Both the position numbers and the translations under genes were made by a program. A stretch of 64,000 bases of DNA from Callorhinchus milii (taxonomy: Eukaryota). Below, piece by piece: positions 1-13,201 of the stretch (position 1 is the stretch's first letter; each line of letters starts with the position of its first letter). The notes below the pieces were generated by a model, which had not been told where the DNA came from, did no database searches, and worked only from the letters and a program-made list of their open reading frames with translations. The DNA is taken from NCBI RefSeq assembly GCF_018977255.1, contig NW_024704742.1, positions 105,154,001-105,218,000 on the forward strand, given 5' to 3'.

Positions 1-910
1 TAAGATGTGAATTAAGATTCAGCTGTTATATTAAAATAAACAAAATGCTGAAATGTTTGGGAGACAATTGGATCATCATCAAATATAAATTTTAAAGGGA
101 AAACAAAAGAAATACTTTAGCTATTGTCGGAACATGATTCCCAGTACTCAAGAGCAGTATTAAATGATGGTTGTTCACTCACAAGACAGCATGACCAAAT
201 AAGATTGGACAGGAAGAAGAAATAAAGTGCCAGCGGGGAAAGAAATTTGGAAGACAATAAACTTCACACAAAAAGGATTGTGCTATATTTATTTATTGGC
301 TTTGGATCTATTGAGTTTGTGAAGAACAACTTGTTATTTTAAAACAAACCACCTGAATGCCATGTAGAAAATAAAGCTAGGCAAGTTATTTTCAAAATGT
401 AGAATTTAAAACATATTGTAAATGCAAATGTTACGGAACATTTTAGACAAAGGAGTGCAAGATTGTAAATAACTCATAATTCAATTTATGTGTGCTCCTA
501 GTAATTCCAGTTCATGAGTGATTCTCGCGTAGCTGTAGATAATCTGTGCATTTTATTTTGGAAATCATCACAATTAATCTTAAACTCACAAATTATAAGT
601 CTAATGATATTTGCAGCATTTACTCAATTCCAGCTTGAGTTACAGTAAGTCCTACCATACGCTGGTAACAGCACTGCACTCTGCTGCATAGCAGCAGAAC
701 CGAATGAAACCACAGGTGCGAGTTAACTTGCACAGAATAATTGTCACATCTCTGGTTCAAAGGGAAAATGGTTGCAGCTGACAATCCGTAAGGATGCGCC
801 AAAACATTCTAACTACTGTGATGCAGCCTGATCATCACTTTGAACAACGTCAGAAGAAAGAGCAAGCCATCAACTGAGCCCTGTTAAGTATGTGAACACT
901 GACAGGCTTT

Positions 911-931
911 TTATACATAATATATATTATG

Positions 932-964
<33 letters not shown>
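911..964. repeat. Compound (TA)n(CA)n microsatellite
   Basis: Seen directly. Confidence 0.9.
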
Positions 965-966
<2 letters not shown>

Positions 967-3719
967 ATCAAAAGATTAAATAGCTATGTTAAACTGCCTA
1001 TGTTATTAAGGCTACCCAGTACCATTTTCACAAGCAGGCACGTTGGGACTAAAAATTATCAGCTCATAACATCCACCTCAGGTAATGATAGATAAAGGGT
1101 CATCTGAGGATAAATGAGGCAGGGGGATTAACAACAACTCAATGTCTGCTTCTTATGCCACTGAAGTTATTATCTCAACAATATGTGCATTCGTAAGAGC
1201 TGGTATATCAGTGCAACAGGGAAAGCAATAACCTTTTATTTGCCATGATTCTTTTTGGTGAAGTTTCATCACTGCAAAATATGTCAATATTGGAGAATAT
1301 ATTTTAGGCATCAGTTCTCTACAAATTAAGCTCTCCTTATGAAGCTGAAACTCACTGGATATTTCCTTTCTTAAAACAAATATGACTGTAAGGTGATATT
1401 CAAGTTCAAGTACCACCACAATCTATTCTGACCTGAAGAACAGGAGTACTTAATGGCAGTCTTGCTATATGAAGAACAAGGGATTCTGCAACAAGATATT
1501 CCAGTTTTGTCAACTTTGATTTATTGGTAATAATATTTGTTTGTTGAACAGATCTTCATTTAGTCTATTGCAGTTGGTTTTAGTAGAGAGACTGGATAAA
1601 AATCAATTACTAAAATGATCAGAGAATGTAGTTGACTTGGGACATCCTCCCGATGCGAAAGGCACTATACAATGTAATTTTGTATTGTAATACATTGGTA
1701 TTCTTGCAGAATCACTGTGCAAGCAGTATAAGAAACAAACTACTAGGAGTTCCTTATCTAATTTCCCAGGTGCAGAGATAAGGACGTACATTAACAATCC
1801 TAGTTGTTCAACCATAGCCAGTTGCATCACTATTCCATTACACCATCCTGATTCTAAAATAAAGAGTTGTATAAACACTCATGTCTGGTTATGTACCAGT
1901 TTGTCTATTTAGTCATCTACACAGCCATCAGTCTGGATTGGCGTTAGGAAAGTTGAAATCTGTAATTAGTCCCTTCTCACTTACGAAAACTAATCTTGCC
2001 TCCACACCAATGGTTAGAACAATTTATAAATCATTTTTATTATTGGACAATTATTCCGAATCCTTGATGTAGAACCAGCTAAATTTATTCTTGCATTGCA
2101 GTAAATTTTTTATAAAAAGTACAACTACAATTAAATGCGCAAACAGAACGTTCCACTCCGCAAGGAATTATCAGTTGCTAATTGACAGACAAACAGTGGA
2201 ATCTATTCAAGAAGGTAATCTGTGGATTACACCCACGGATTACCCATGAAAGGCAAAAAAGGTAATGTGATGAAGCAGCCAAAGTGATTAAGACCAGTAT
2301 TAAACAAAAGGAGAAGTATACGTAATGGTGAGGGAAAGTGGCATGATTTAAACTTGTGAGGATTATGGAAAGCAACAAAAGGAAAAAAATGAAAGCAAAG
2401 AGGGAATATGAAAAATCTACAAATGGTCTCAAGCAGAGTGAAATGAAGATTCATAAAATTAAGAAAAACGAATGGTGGAGATAAACCCACTAGAAATAAA
2501 TTTGGATTAGGAGAACAGTAAAGAGCACAGGAGCACTGAATATGTTTACAGTGGAAAAGGAGGATACAATACCAGAGTTACAGGAAGACTTGAGATTTTT
2601 TGAATGGTAGGTATTTACAGGGATTATAATAAACCAAACAACCGTGATAGGTAAACTAATAGGAATAAACCTAGTCAAATCCCCAAAACCAGATTGTTGA
2701 CAGCCAAGGGTATAAAAATCCTCCTAACCCTACCCTCCACCCCTGCTTATCTCAAACCGCAGCTCAGGTCCAAGTCGCTGACTGTCAAGGGCCTTGGGAC
2801 GTTCTCCCGATGTGAAAGGCGCTATACAAACGTAATTTGTTGTTGTTATTATAACGCTAGTCCTAATTACCTTCCAACATTAAATTAAATGTTGAAAAGC
2901 CCACCCGCCAATGACAGGGTGGATAGGGTGGGAGACATGAACCAGGCCAATGTAGAGACGTGAAGCAGATCTGTGCTTTACAAAGTGAGATCAGTCATTG
3001 TGGGTATGAAAACAATACTACAATCTTGACAAAAATCTATTTTCTGTTTGTTAAAAGTAATCCCGAGAGATTTGAATAGAGCATGCTCTTTGGCCCAGTT
3101 TATTTCATCTTTCCAAATACCAATCTTATTGCTGTTCCACAATACCAACACGCTATTTCTTGAATGAATTAAGTGTTCTGACCTCAACAAGCCTTCTGGC
3201 AACCCACTGCAGTTTCTGCTTATAATAATCCTTGCATTCGATATTGCGCTTTTCACGTCTTCTAGACGTCCCAAAGCACTTCACAGAATATGCTGTAAAG
3301 TGAATTGACTGTATATTTGTATAAAGTGAATATTTCCTGGTGTCTCCATATCTTGCCTTTCAAAACATATGACTAGAGATCTTGAATGTTTACCTTCTTG
3401 AATTGCTGTCTTGCTTTATTTAAAAGTATTTGTCCATGCTTACGTTCTCTATTTCATTAAGCATCTTATATACTGCTGTATGATCCCCTCTGAGTCATTG
3501 CTCAGTGATCTTTGAGATCTTCATAAAATTTCAAACAAAACTAACTATAATTGGTTTCAAACATAGTGATGGTAATTTAAATATATTCATTCGGTTCAAT
3601 TTTCATTTTTGAGCAGAAAATCAAACTCCTCTAACAGGAGGTTTCAACAACAAAATTACATTTGGAGAGCGCTTTTCATGCCTTTCTATATAAAGTAAAT
3701 GGGATATGAACTCCAAGTA

Positions 3720-4100
3720 TTAGCGTGTCTCAGCTGGTAGCTCTTGCTTTGGAGTCAGAAGGTTATGGGTTCAAGCCTCATATCAGGACACAAGTTCATA
3801 GTCCAGGTTAACACTTGAGTACAATGCTTGGGGAGAGTTGGATTTTCAGAGATTCCATCCTTCAAATGATTGCCTGTTCAGTGAATGTTAAAGATCCCAT
3901 AATACGGTTTATAAAGAAAAGCTTGCTGTGGTGTCCTGGCCAACAACCCACCCATACAAAATTGATTATTCATTTCAGGGCTGTTTGGAGGAAATTGCTA
4001 TGCACCTTGGCTGCAGCGTTTGCCTGTAAATCCTGTGAAATACTTTAAGATGTTTTGAGAACAAAAGGCGCAATATCAAATGCAAATTTCATTATTATTC
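3720..4100 (+). mobile_element. Old Deu-domain SINE (SacSINE/AmnSINE-like); related copies at ~4480-4790(-), 38530-38845(-), 41305-41545(+), 59205-59360(-)
   Basis: Degenerate tRNA head (gagtcagaaggttatgggttcaagcc), Deu-like body (gttaaagatccca...ggtgtcctggccaac) and the shared core/tail. Confidence 0.65.
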
Positions 4101-5524
4101 TGCACCAAGTTTTACTTTTGATTGGGGTACTGCTCCACATTTCAAAAACTTTCTGAAGCAGAAATTAAACACAAATCAGCTGCTGTTCTGTTAACGTAAG
4201 TGTACCGTGCAACCCTATTTTTCTTTCCTCGGTATAAAATTGAGCTGGACAGATCCAGAAGGTTCCAGGTTTAATCGCAGTCTACACTGACAATGAGCAA
4301 TGGTATCAGTGCTCAATGCGAGGGAGAGAAAGCGAGAAAAAGCAGTCAATGCCCACTTGTAAATATCCTCAAAAATGCAGTTGATATTGTACCTTTCATC
4401 TCAAGAGGATGTCTAAACCCCTTCACGGGATACACTGTAAAGTGGAGAGATGTATTTTGTGGACAAATATGGTAACTAACACAGTAATATGCCACAAACA
4501 GCCATGAAGTAAATGACCAATTTTATTGGCAGGATTGTTGGCTTGGACATCAAAAGAAATTCCCTTCTCTTTTCAAAGAGTGCCATGGGATCTTTAACAT
4601 CCACCTGAACAGGCAGACAGTGCCTGGATTCAACATCTCATTCGAAGGAAGGGACCGCCGTTAATGCTGCATACCCCCAGCACTGCATTGGAGTGTTAGC
4701 CGAGACTATATGAGTTCCAAATCCCAACAAGGGCTTGAACTCACAACCTTCGGACTCAGTGGTAATAATGCAAACAACTAAGCCAGGCTGACACACAATG
4801 TCATGCAGATGTCAATTAAGCTCTGCTATAATTTCTCTCGTCAAATAACCTGCTGACAATAACTGCCTGGGCTCAAATGTGAAAATAGTTACTTGGGTTG
4901 CATACCAGAGGGCTGTCAGCACTTTTGACATCATACATGCACAGCAATCTATGCTTTTAAGAGGATTGAAAATTCAAGGGCCACCCCCCATGGTCTGCAA
5001 CCTGCAGAGACAAATAAAAACATGTTTTATTTGCCAGATCACAGGCAAATATAACAGCATTGATTTTCCACTAGAGCGGGAGAAATGAGATTGCCCTTTA
5101 CAGGCACTTTGCTGAAGCATCATCATCACCCTGAAAACTGTTGCATGAAATGTAACACAGCTATTTCTCTTCCCTGATGGACAGCAAATCTAAAGATTTT
5201 TTTGGCAATCGGAAAAGCTAACAATTCATGCCAGGTCTGAGCCACTGGCAAATTGAGGCTGATACAGCTTCTTCACAGCATTTCGCCCACAAATAGTCAA
5301 TTCTCTTCACTGTATATTCTGTGAAGCGCTTTGAGATGCCCAGAAGACGTGAAGATTATTATTTTTTATTATTACTTAATATTAATGTTGAAAACCGATT
5401 TCAGGATGGTGGCCAAGCTATTCAACTATTTATTCCAAATACAAGAAAAGTTGCAGGCGGAATCTGGAATAATAAACACCATTTTTGCAAAAGGTCTCAT
5501 TTCACCACAATAAAAGCAACATGA

Positions 5525-6015
5525 TAAACAACAACAACAAAATTACATTTATAAAGTGCCTTTCACGTCGGGAGGGTCAGGTCGAAGAGGAGATGGGTCT
5601 TGAAAGAGGCAAGGGAGGGATCAAGGCAGAGGGACTGCTAGATGGAATTTTAGAAGGTGGGGCAGAGTGCTGGAAGGCCCGCCCACCAATAGTGGGGTGA
5701 GCGAGACAGGGGACATGAAGCAGGCCGGAGCCCGCTGAGTACAGGGAGTGAGCAGGATGGTAGGGGGTTAGGAGGCCACAGGGGTAGGGGGAGCAAGACC
5801 GTGGAGGGCTTTGAAGGTGAGGACCAGGATCTTGAACTGAATCCTTTGTGTGATGGGAAGCCAGTGGAGTCGAGTGAGATTGGGGGTGATAGGGTCACAG
5901 AGCCTGGTGCGGGAGAGGACGTGGGTTAGAGTTCTGGATGATCTGTAGCCTGTGGAGGGAGGAGTTGGGGAGGCCGACAAGCAATGAGTTTGCATAGTCA
6001 AACCTCGATGTAATG
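5525..6015 (-). mobile_element. L2 LINE 3' fragment; further L2 fragments at ~13865, 15000, 16975, 21050, 36330, 36600, 39750, 40050, 43120, 44160, 54995 and 56255
   Basis: SRFDYANSLL and LHWLPITQRIQFKIL motifs; (TTG)n tail. Confidence 0.85.
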
Positions 6016-6404
6016 AACAACAAATAGTAACACCATCTTGTCAGTGGCAAACAACCCAGAGGGGTAACAAAATTGATTTGTAATTCACTCATCCCATAAT
6101 TGGATTGGAATTTGACTGCTTAGATTTATCAAATCTGCTTCATTTTCAGAAGTAAAATATCCTATATTTTACGATTATCAAGGAGCATACTTTGCAATAT
6201 TTCCCATAAAAATAACTGGCTGAAATACCATGGGTAGTCCTCAAAGAGTTGTGAGCATAAACCTATCTCGCATCTTCCTCTGAATAGTTGCCTTTTTGAC
6301 AGCTAGAATTACTTGAAAAATAGGTATTTGGACCATGACCAAGCTCCTTGGAAAAAAAATCACCCATTTGCTCAACTGTCCAAACTGCATGTGTGTAAAA
6401 TAAT

Positions 6405-6722
6405 AAATAATAATAATCCTTCCATTTGATATAGTGCTTTTCATGACTTCTAGATGTCTCAAAGAGCTTTACAGAACATACTATAAAGTGAATTGACTGT
6501 ATTATTTGTGGGGGAAACGCGGCAGCCAATTCTGCATAGCAGTGTCCCACAAACAGTCGTGGATTGAAGTGACCAATTTTATTATTGTTCGTTTATTTTT
6601 CTTGAGGGATTATTACAAGGCGTGTGGAGTAAGGAAACTTGCCCAAGGTTTTGCTCTGCTGGGAATCGAACCCAAGTCTCTCGCTTGCGAGACAAATGCT
6701 CTAACCACTGAGCTACAGAACT
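6405..6722 (-). mobile_element. tRNA(Ala)-headed SINE with Deu-type core and L2-like tail
   Basis: Reverse complement of the family seen at 52950; ends next to the N base at 6729. Confidence 0.9.
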
Positions 6723-7081
6723 CTTAAANCTGTGCAACTCGTGCTCAAGTTTCAATTTACAGAAGATACAAAATATTAGTCAAAACAAATTCTGGTCACT
6801 TGTACTAGCTGGAAATAACTGATAAAAAACAATATTCCCAGTATTCTCTTTTGATATGTTTACTGATATTTTCTCGATTGTCAGGGAATGCAGTAAAAGT
6901 GTTCTGATGCCATCTGCTGTTACAGTTATAACAGTTCAGGCTGTTACAACTGTCGATTAAATTCAATTTACAAAAAAAACAGATTTCTGCACCAGGCTGA
7001 ATCGCATTTCTTTAACTCAATCTCCAAAGGAAACCCCATAACAATACCCATTTGCAGATCCCTCCAAACTACAGGACTGTG

Positions 7082-7420
7082 GAGTGCTGTAGCTCAGGTT
7101 AGAGCACTCGCCTTGCAAGCGAGAGACCTGGGTTCAATTCCCGACAGAGCGAAGTGTTGGGCAAGTTTCCTTACTCCACGTCTCTGTTTTCCTAGCAGTA
7201 AGTTGATTAGCGGATTGCTTTTCCAGGGATAATAATCCCTCAAAAAAAAAAAGAGTAATTTGGTCCCACTGTTTGTGGGACACTGCTGTGCGCAATTGGT
7301 TGCTGCATTACCCCCACAAATATACAATCAATTCACTTTACAGTATATTCCATGAAGCTCTTTGAGGTGTCTAGAAGATAATAAAAGTGCTATATCAAAT
7401 GCAAGGATTATTATTATTAT
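7082..7420 (+). mobile_element. tRNA-headed SINE, longer subfamily
   Basis: A/B-box head, extra internal segment (cctagcagtaag...gcggattgcttttc), (TTA)n tail. Confidence 0.9.
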
Positions 7421-8649
7421 CAAACTACCCTCTAGTTTTGTCCAGTGGGATGAAAGTAGCTCCTTAAAAAGTTTAGTTTCGGCTATTCTAGTTTTGCAGA
7501 GATAGCAAAAATGGAGCACATTCATATAACCTGAATATCAAACTGACAGGTGATATAGGCTGATATTAAATTGAAATTCAGATGGAAAAGAATCATAGAA
7601 AGTTTACAGCTCAGAAGGAGGCTATTACATTAATCATATCCATGCTGGTGCCAGCTTCCCCACTGTGTCCAAGTTCTCAAATCCCATTCCCCTGCTCTTT
7701 CCTCATGCCTTTCAATTCCTTTTCTTCAGGTAATCATTCTATTCTATCTTGAATGCCGTTATTCTGTTACGTGACATTATTGGTCTTCCTGGCCTGAAAG
7801 CATGGAGATCATGGAAACATGTGGTGATCATCCGAGACAAAAATACGCTTTGGGATGTGATATAACCCCCAAGTAAATAACCAACCCCTCGCTTTCTGGG
7901 CTGACAAATGAAGAGTTGTCATTTGGGAGAGGTACCAGAGAGCTGCCAGCACGAATGGCTGGAACAGAGACAAAATGATGAAACTATAATGAATTATGTT
8001 CAGGAAAGAAAATAGAAAAAAAATCACTAAACTAGACTTGGCAATTGAATATGCCACAGATTCTAGAGAAACCTAACGCATGGTGAGTGGAAAGAGAAAG
8101 GAAGAACAGAAAACAATTCCAAAATATGGAATATTTTAAAACATCAAGCTTCCCTACAGCAAAACACTAACCATTATGTTAAGGCTACTTCGTGCCAAGT
8201 GATCCTTAAATAGTGTGCATCATTGAACAAGACAAGCCCCAAGCAATTCTTCAATTCTTCGGTGCAAAGAGTTAACTTCCAAAGCTTTTGGGAAATGCAA
8301 TGTTATTGATGAGTTAAATCCACTTTTCGCCTGAGCCCAACGAGTGAACAAAGGAATAAAATAAAGCGAGTTCCAACTCCGTATGCCAGAAAAAACATCA
8401 TGTAAATCACACACCAAGCTCACAGGCCCATTGCTCCTGGAGGAAACATCCACAACTGTACAAACTAGAAAGAGGAAGTTTAACTCAGATAACCAACAGG
8501 TTGAGGGAAATGGATTTCTCTGAGGCCGTGGCATTTTCAGCTCACCAAAACAGACACTGAAACATTTCTGTATTAACCCCCAAATTCCCCAAAATAAGCA
8601 TTTAAAATCACAATGAAACAAAATCATATCGCAACTCTTCAATTGCAAC

Positions 8650-9150
8650 CCCTTTGCCGCCTCCTCCGTGGTTCTCTGATGTTATCTGAACTTCGATTTT
8701 TTGTGCCTAATTTCTATAGCTTATTTTCCTTAGAAGTCACCAAGTGGATAGCAGATACCCTGCAAGCTTCCTGGTGAGCAACTACGGGCAACACAGTTCA
8801 GCCACTATGTTCCTGTCCACAGATCGGACTGGCATCTCTTCCCATTGAGCAATGGTTCCACCAGTTGGAGAAGCAGAGCTTGAGCAGCAGTTGCTTACCC
8901 TTCTCGACTCCAATCAGTGGATTCCAAGCCGGGTGTGGCTGAATGCATGTTCACGAACCTGACTCCAGGTTGTGTCTTCCAGCAATCGTCGCCCAAGCCT
9001 CAAGAGTTTCCTCAACAGTTTTCTGACGGATATCAGACTTCAGCGTGGGGGATAATTTAGATCTCTGTGTAAACAGAACACTTCTCTGCACTTGAATTGA
9101 ATGCAGAAAGTAAATCAACTGATACACCCATTTACTACAAGAGTGAGACA
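8650..9150 (-). pseudogene. Fossil Myb/SANT-like DNA-binding gene of PIF/Harbinger type
   Basis: IQVQRSVLF...EAWATIAGRHNLESGS*TCIQPHPAWNPL..EK, then a GTAAG donor; fits the MSANTD pattern (VLF...AW..IA...N....RT..Q...W..L) if the TGA is a decayed CGA. GGG codons at ~8660. Confidence 0.5.
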
Positions 9151-10304
9151 CGTATTCTTGATATCATCTCTCCCATTGCTTGAGGCATCCCTGTGCTTTA
9201 AAATGTATTCATCCCAATTAGCCTAATATACAGTTTGAAATTTCTTTTTGCAAACTTGTCTTCCAGTGGGTTCTTTGGTTTAGTATTTATGGTATATTAA
9301 TTTTATTTATTATAGTTTTAATGTTATTGGCATGAAATACGTGTTCAGACAGAAAGAAAACCATTCGTCTTTCTGCTGCCCTCCTAATGCTTGCTGATAA
9401 GATTCATTTGTTCCACACTGCCATAGCAAACAATTTATTGCAGCTCACTCGACAGTTATAGCTGTGCATTGGGCAATACATCTCAATCAATATACTCAAC
9501 AACAATTTTACCATGTCAAATAATTTGGGTCCTCCTGCATTTCACAAATGTTTACAAAGTACCGCAGGCATTACATTTCTGCCATTAGAGACTCGCAGCA
9601 GAGCACACCAAAGTGAAAACTATCTCCAGCAACAGAAAACTGTTTAACATTTCAGTGTCATGGCATATTCCTTTCCAAGTCGTATTATAGTTTTTATAGT
9701 GATACCATAGATAATCATATATTGATAGTTTACATAAACATTTGATCAACTTAATAGTGGTACACTATCATTAGCCTACCAAATGTAATCAGAGATGCTG
9801 TTTAGCATTAGATTTCCAACCCACAAACCAGATAAAAAAATGGCACCTCCAGTTAAAAACAAATCATAGATAAGTTGATGCAAACAAAAGGTTTTTTTTA
9901 CATGAATTTGTCTTTTTCTCTTGAGTTCCCGGCAAGTTGACAAAATTGCACATTGATTTGAATCAATACTGCTCCGATTCCTCTAAATATCAATATTGTT
10001 GTGCACATTTGGCTGCTGCGTTTCGCCCCCAAAATATAATCAATTTGCTTTACAGTATATTCTGTGAAGCGCTTTGAGATGTTTCAAAGACGTGATAAGA
10101 TGCAATATCAAATGTAAGGATTATTATTATTCCAAGGTTGAAAAAAGTCAGTAATGCAGGGCAATCTCATTATTTTGATTTGGTTTTGGACATTATTTTT
10201 AACCTTAGAATCTAAGTCACATAATCCAAAACCTGTCACTAAAAAAACAAGGCCAACTGTTGGCTCATCAGGTAGCCACCAAAGTCACTTCCTACACATG
10301 CATA

Positions 10305-11600
10305 CTACGACGACGACTTACATTTATATAGCGCCGCAGAATAGCCTCGCGGAATGCTCGACAGTGGCAGAGTCCGACGTTGAGCCAGGGGGAGATCAAG
10401 GGTGGAGGTGATCATAAGCACGATCAGAAAGCAAGGTCCTTAGGCAGGATTTCAAGGTGGGGAGGTAGGGGGCAAGGAGGAGGGATTGAGAGAGAGGATT
10501 CCAGAGTGGAGGGTAGAAAGGAAAGCTGGGGATCGAACTGGATGCCTAAGTTGCGTACAGGTTCGGTGAGTCTGAGGGACAGCCCTGGAAGATTGAGGAG
10601 TTCAGATTCACAGAAGATGTTGACAGGAACTAAAGAGTACGGCTTCTGTCTTGCTGACATTTAGCTGTTGGAAGTCTGCACTCTTCCTGGCCTTGATGTC
10701 CATCAAACAAGCTAACAGGACATCAGTGGACTCAGAGTCACAGCTGGAGGAGGAGAAGTAGATTTGTGTGTCATCCACACACTTGTGGAACTTGACCCCA
10801 TGTCTGGGAATGACATTGCCGAGAGGGAGCATGTAGATAAGGAAAAGGTGTCAAGGATGGAGCGTTGGGATTCCCCGCAGGTGATCGGGCAGGGGCAAGA
10901 ACAAAAACTATTGGCCAAGATTAAAAAAAAACAAGTAAAAGGTATCACTATGCAAGTGAGAGACCTGGGTTCGATTCCCAGTAGGGTGAAACCTTGGGCA
11001 AGTTTCCTTACTTCATACGACTGATAATAATCCGTCAAAAAAAAAAAACAATAATTAATTGGTCATTTCAATCCACGACTGTTTGTGGGACATTGCTGTG
11101 CTCTATTGGCTGCCGCATTTTGCCCACAAATATACAGACAATTCATTTTACAGTCTATTTTGTGAAGCGCTTTAAGACGTCTAGAAGATGTGAAAAGCGC
11201 TATATCAAATGCAAGGAATAATCCTTGATTATTCTTATTATTATATTATTATAATTATTATTATTATAATATACTTAATATATTATTATAAGATGTATTG
11301 TTGGCGGTTTGTTAATTAGAACTCGAACCGTGTGAGTGCGGTACCACTAAGGTGGACAAGGGAGAAGAGGTGGTAGACGGAGGATAGTGTGATCGACTGT
11401 AGCAAACACGGCGGAGAGGTCAAGGAGAACGTGGAGGTAGAGGGAGCCCTGATCACAGAGAGAGAGAGAGGGTGTCATTTGTTACTTTGCCGAGTGCTGT
11501 CTGTGCTGTGGGCAGGGCGAGAACTGGAAAGGAGAGGTTCGAGTCGGGAGTGGAGGGATGGGTGTGAACGAAGTTGATTTGTAATGATGCGTTACAAAAT
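10305..11600 (-). mobile_element. L2 LINE remnant interrupted by a SINE
   Basis: HGVKFHKCVDDTQIYF (decayed YADD) and RNLGIQFD motifs. Confidence 0.82.
10945..11290 (+). mobile_element. tRNA-headed SINE inserted within an L2 remnant, with expanded (TTA)n tail
   Basis: Same family. L2 sequence lies on both sides (10305-10890 and 11340-11600). Confidence 0.85.
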
Positions 11601-13011
11601 TTTGGCCAGGAAAGGCTCTGCACAGGAAGCACCAATGTCATCTCTTTGCATGCCCACAGGATGTAACTGCAGTGGCAACCTGACGGCCGAGAAGGTATCC
11701 ATTTTACTTTGCTTCTCTAGAATTCAGGGTTTAAGACATTGAACTCTGACAACTACGATATGAAGTGGTTGCTGTTTACTATGAAAATTCTTGAGCAGCG
11801 GTGGCCAACCCATGGCCTGCGGGCCAAAAGTGCCACCGGGCGCGTCAAGAAGTGAAGAACTTCCCACTAGACTAGGTACATAAGAACAGAAGAATTTGCT
11901 TGGTGAAAGATGACCAAAGTCCACCTAGTCACCTTCCACCAACCTTGCAGTCGCTTGACATGTCGTGTCCCAAACTACATACTGTATCCTGAGATATTAT
12001 TTTCTGGCAGAAATCTATCTAATTTGTTCTTGAAACAAATGACATTTTCTGCGTTAAATCAATATTGTTTCTATTTATGGTGCAGACATGAATAGAAATA
12101 TTCAATCAAGAAAAATGTGTTTGTTTGGCTGCCACTAAAGTTACTTCCTGGCCACTACTGCTCTAAAGCAAGGTTTATCTTTAAGTATTGAATTAAATAA
12201 ACTGTTCTATGAATTTTCAATATAAAATACCTTACTGCGAATAGGCAGGAATCCAAATTTAGAAATCAGATTCCATCAGATATGACAATTCCACACATAA
12301 CATTTTATAGTCACTAAAATCTTCGACACATTCAGGGTAATTTTAGGAGATAAGAACATAAGAAATAGAAGCAGGAGTAGGCCATTTGGCCACTCGAGTC
12401 TGCACTGCCATTTAATAAGATCACGGCTGATCTTCTAACCTAATTCCATTTACCTGCCCTATTCCCATATCCCTAAATCCCTCTATCCTTTAGAAATCTA
12501 TCAACCTCAGTCTTGAATATGTTCATTGATACCATGAAGGGTTTCTTTGAACAGAGGGTAATTGAAAGTTACCAGACAGTGTGGTAGAGCCCAAGAAACA
12601 TGAATCACGTACGTAACAGCTAATGTTGTTATAGGAGGGTGGGTATTCTAGAAGAATCAAGTGAACAGGCTGCAGGGTTACTTTGTCCAAACCTCTCCAG
12701 TGAACTTTTGAGACAGCTCTAATTATCTGAAAGCTAATTCATAAACTAGGGAGACCGATTTTACTTCTTTATGCCAAAATGTATGTTTCGAATAGTTAAC
12801 AAATAAATCAGTTTACCCTCATACATCTATTTCTTCCAACTTCTAACAAGCTACAAGCACAAAGTGGCTCTTTGTGGCCCACAAGAACATGGAACATACC
12901 AGACAGCCCCCAAATTATTTTTGATTCAGCGGAGGCAGCGGTAAAAATTAATGTTTTATCAGAATGTAGTTGAACTTTTGTTCATTCAACTATCAAACTT
13001 GATGATCTTAC

Positions 13012-13201
13012 CATGGAAGTGATGGATCTTGCATCCTCTTCATAAGCCATGACGGGAGGTGGTTCTTTACCATCATTCTCTGTCACCTTTCGTTCCAACA
13101 TTTCCTTCTGTGCAAAGAGTTTAGCTTCAGCACATTTCATCTGCTGCACACTCTGTCTCAACTCCTCCAATGCCTGCTTCTGACTCAGCAACAACACAAT
13201 A
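13012..13201 (-). CDS. FER: FER coding exon 8 (190 nt, FX region); the gene continues beyond the left edge of the window
   Basis: [66 protein letters not shown] acceptor, ATG|GTAAGA donor. The eight exons total 1239 nt in frame. Confidence 0.97.

Noticed and set aside
2978..3274. 98-aa ORF with a coding-like appearance
   Set aside because: Made of a SINE tail plus a decayed CR1 3' end.
7809..8057. Harbinger DDE nuclease next to the Myb/SANT fossil
   Set aside because: Only a vague GWL similarity; the IDGTH, HD and GD.GY motifs were not found.
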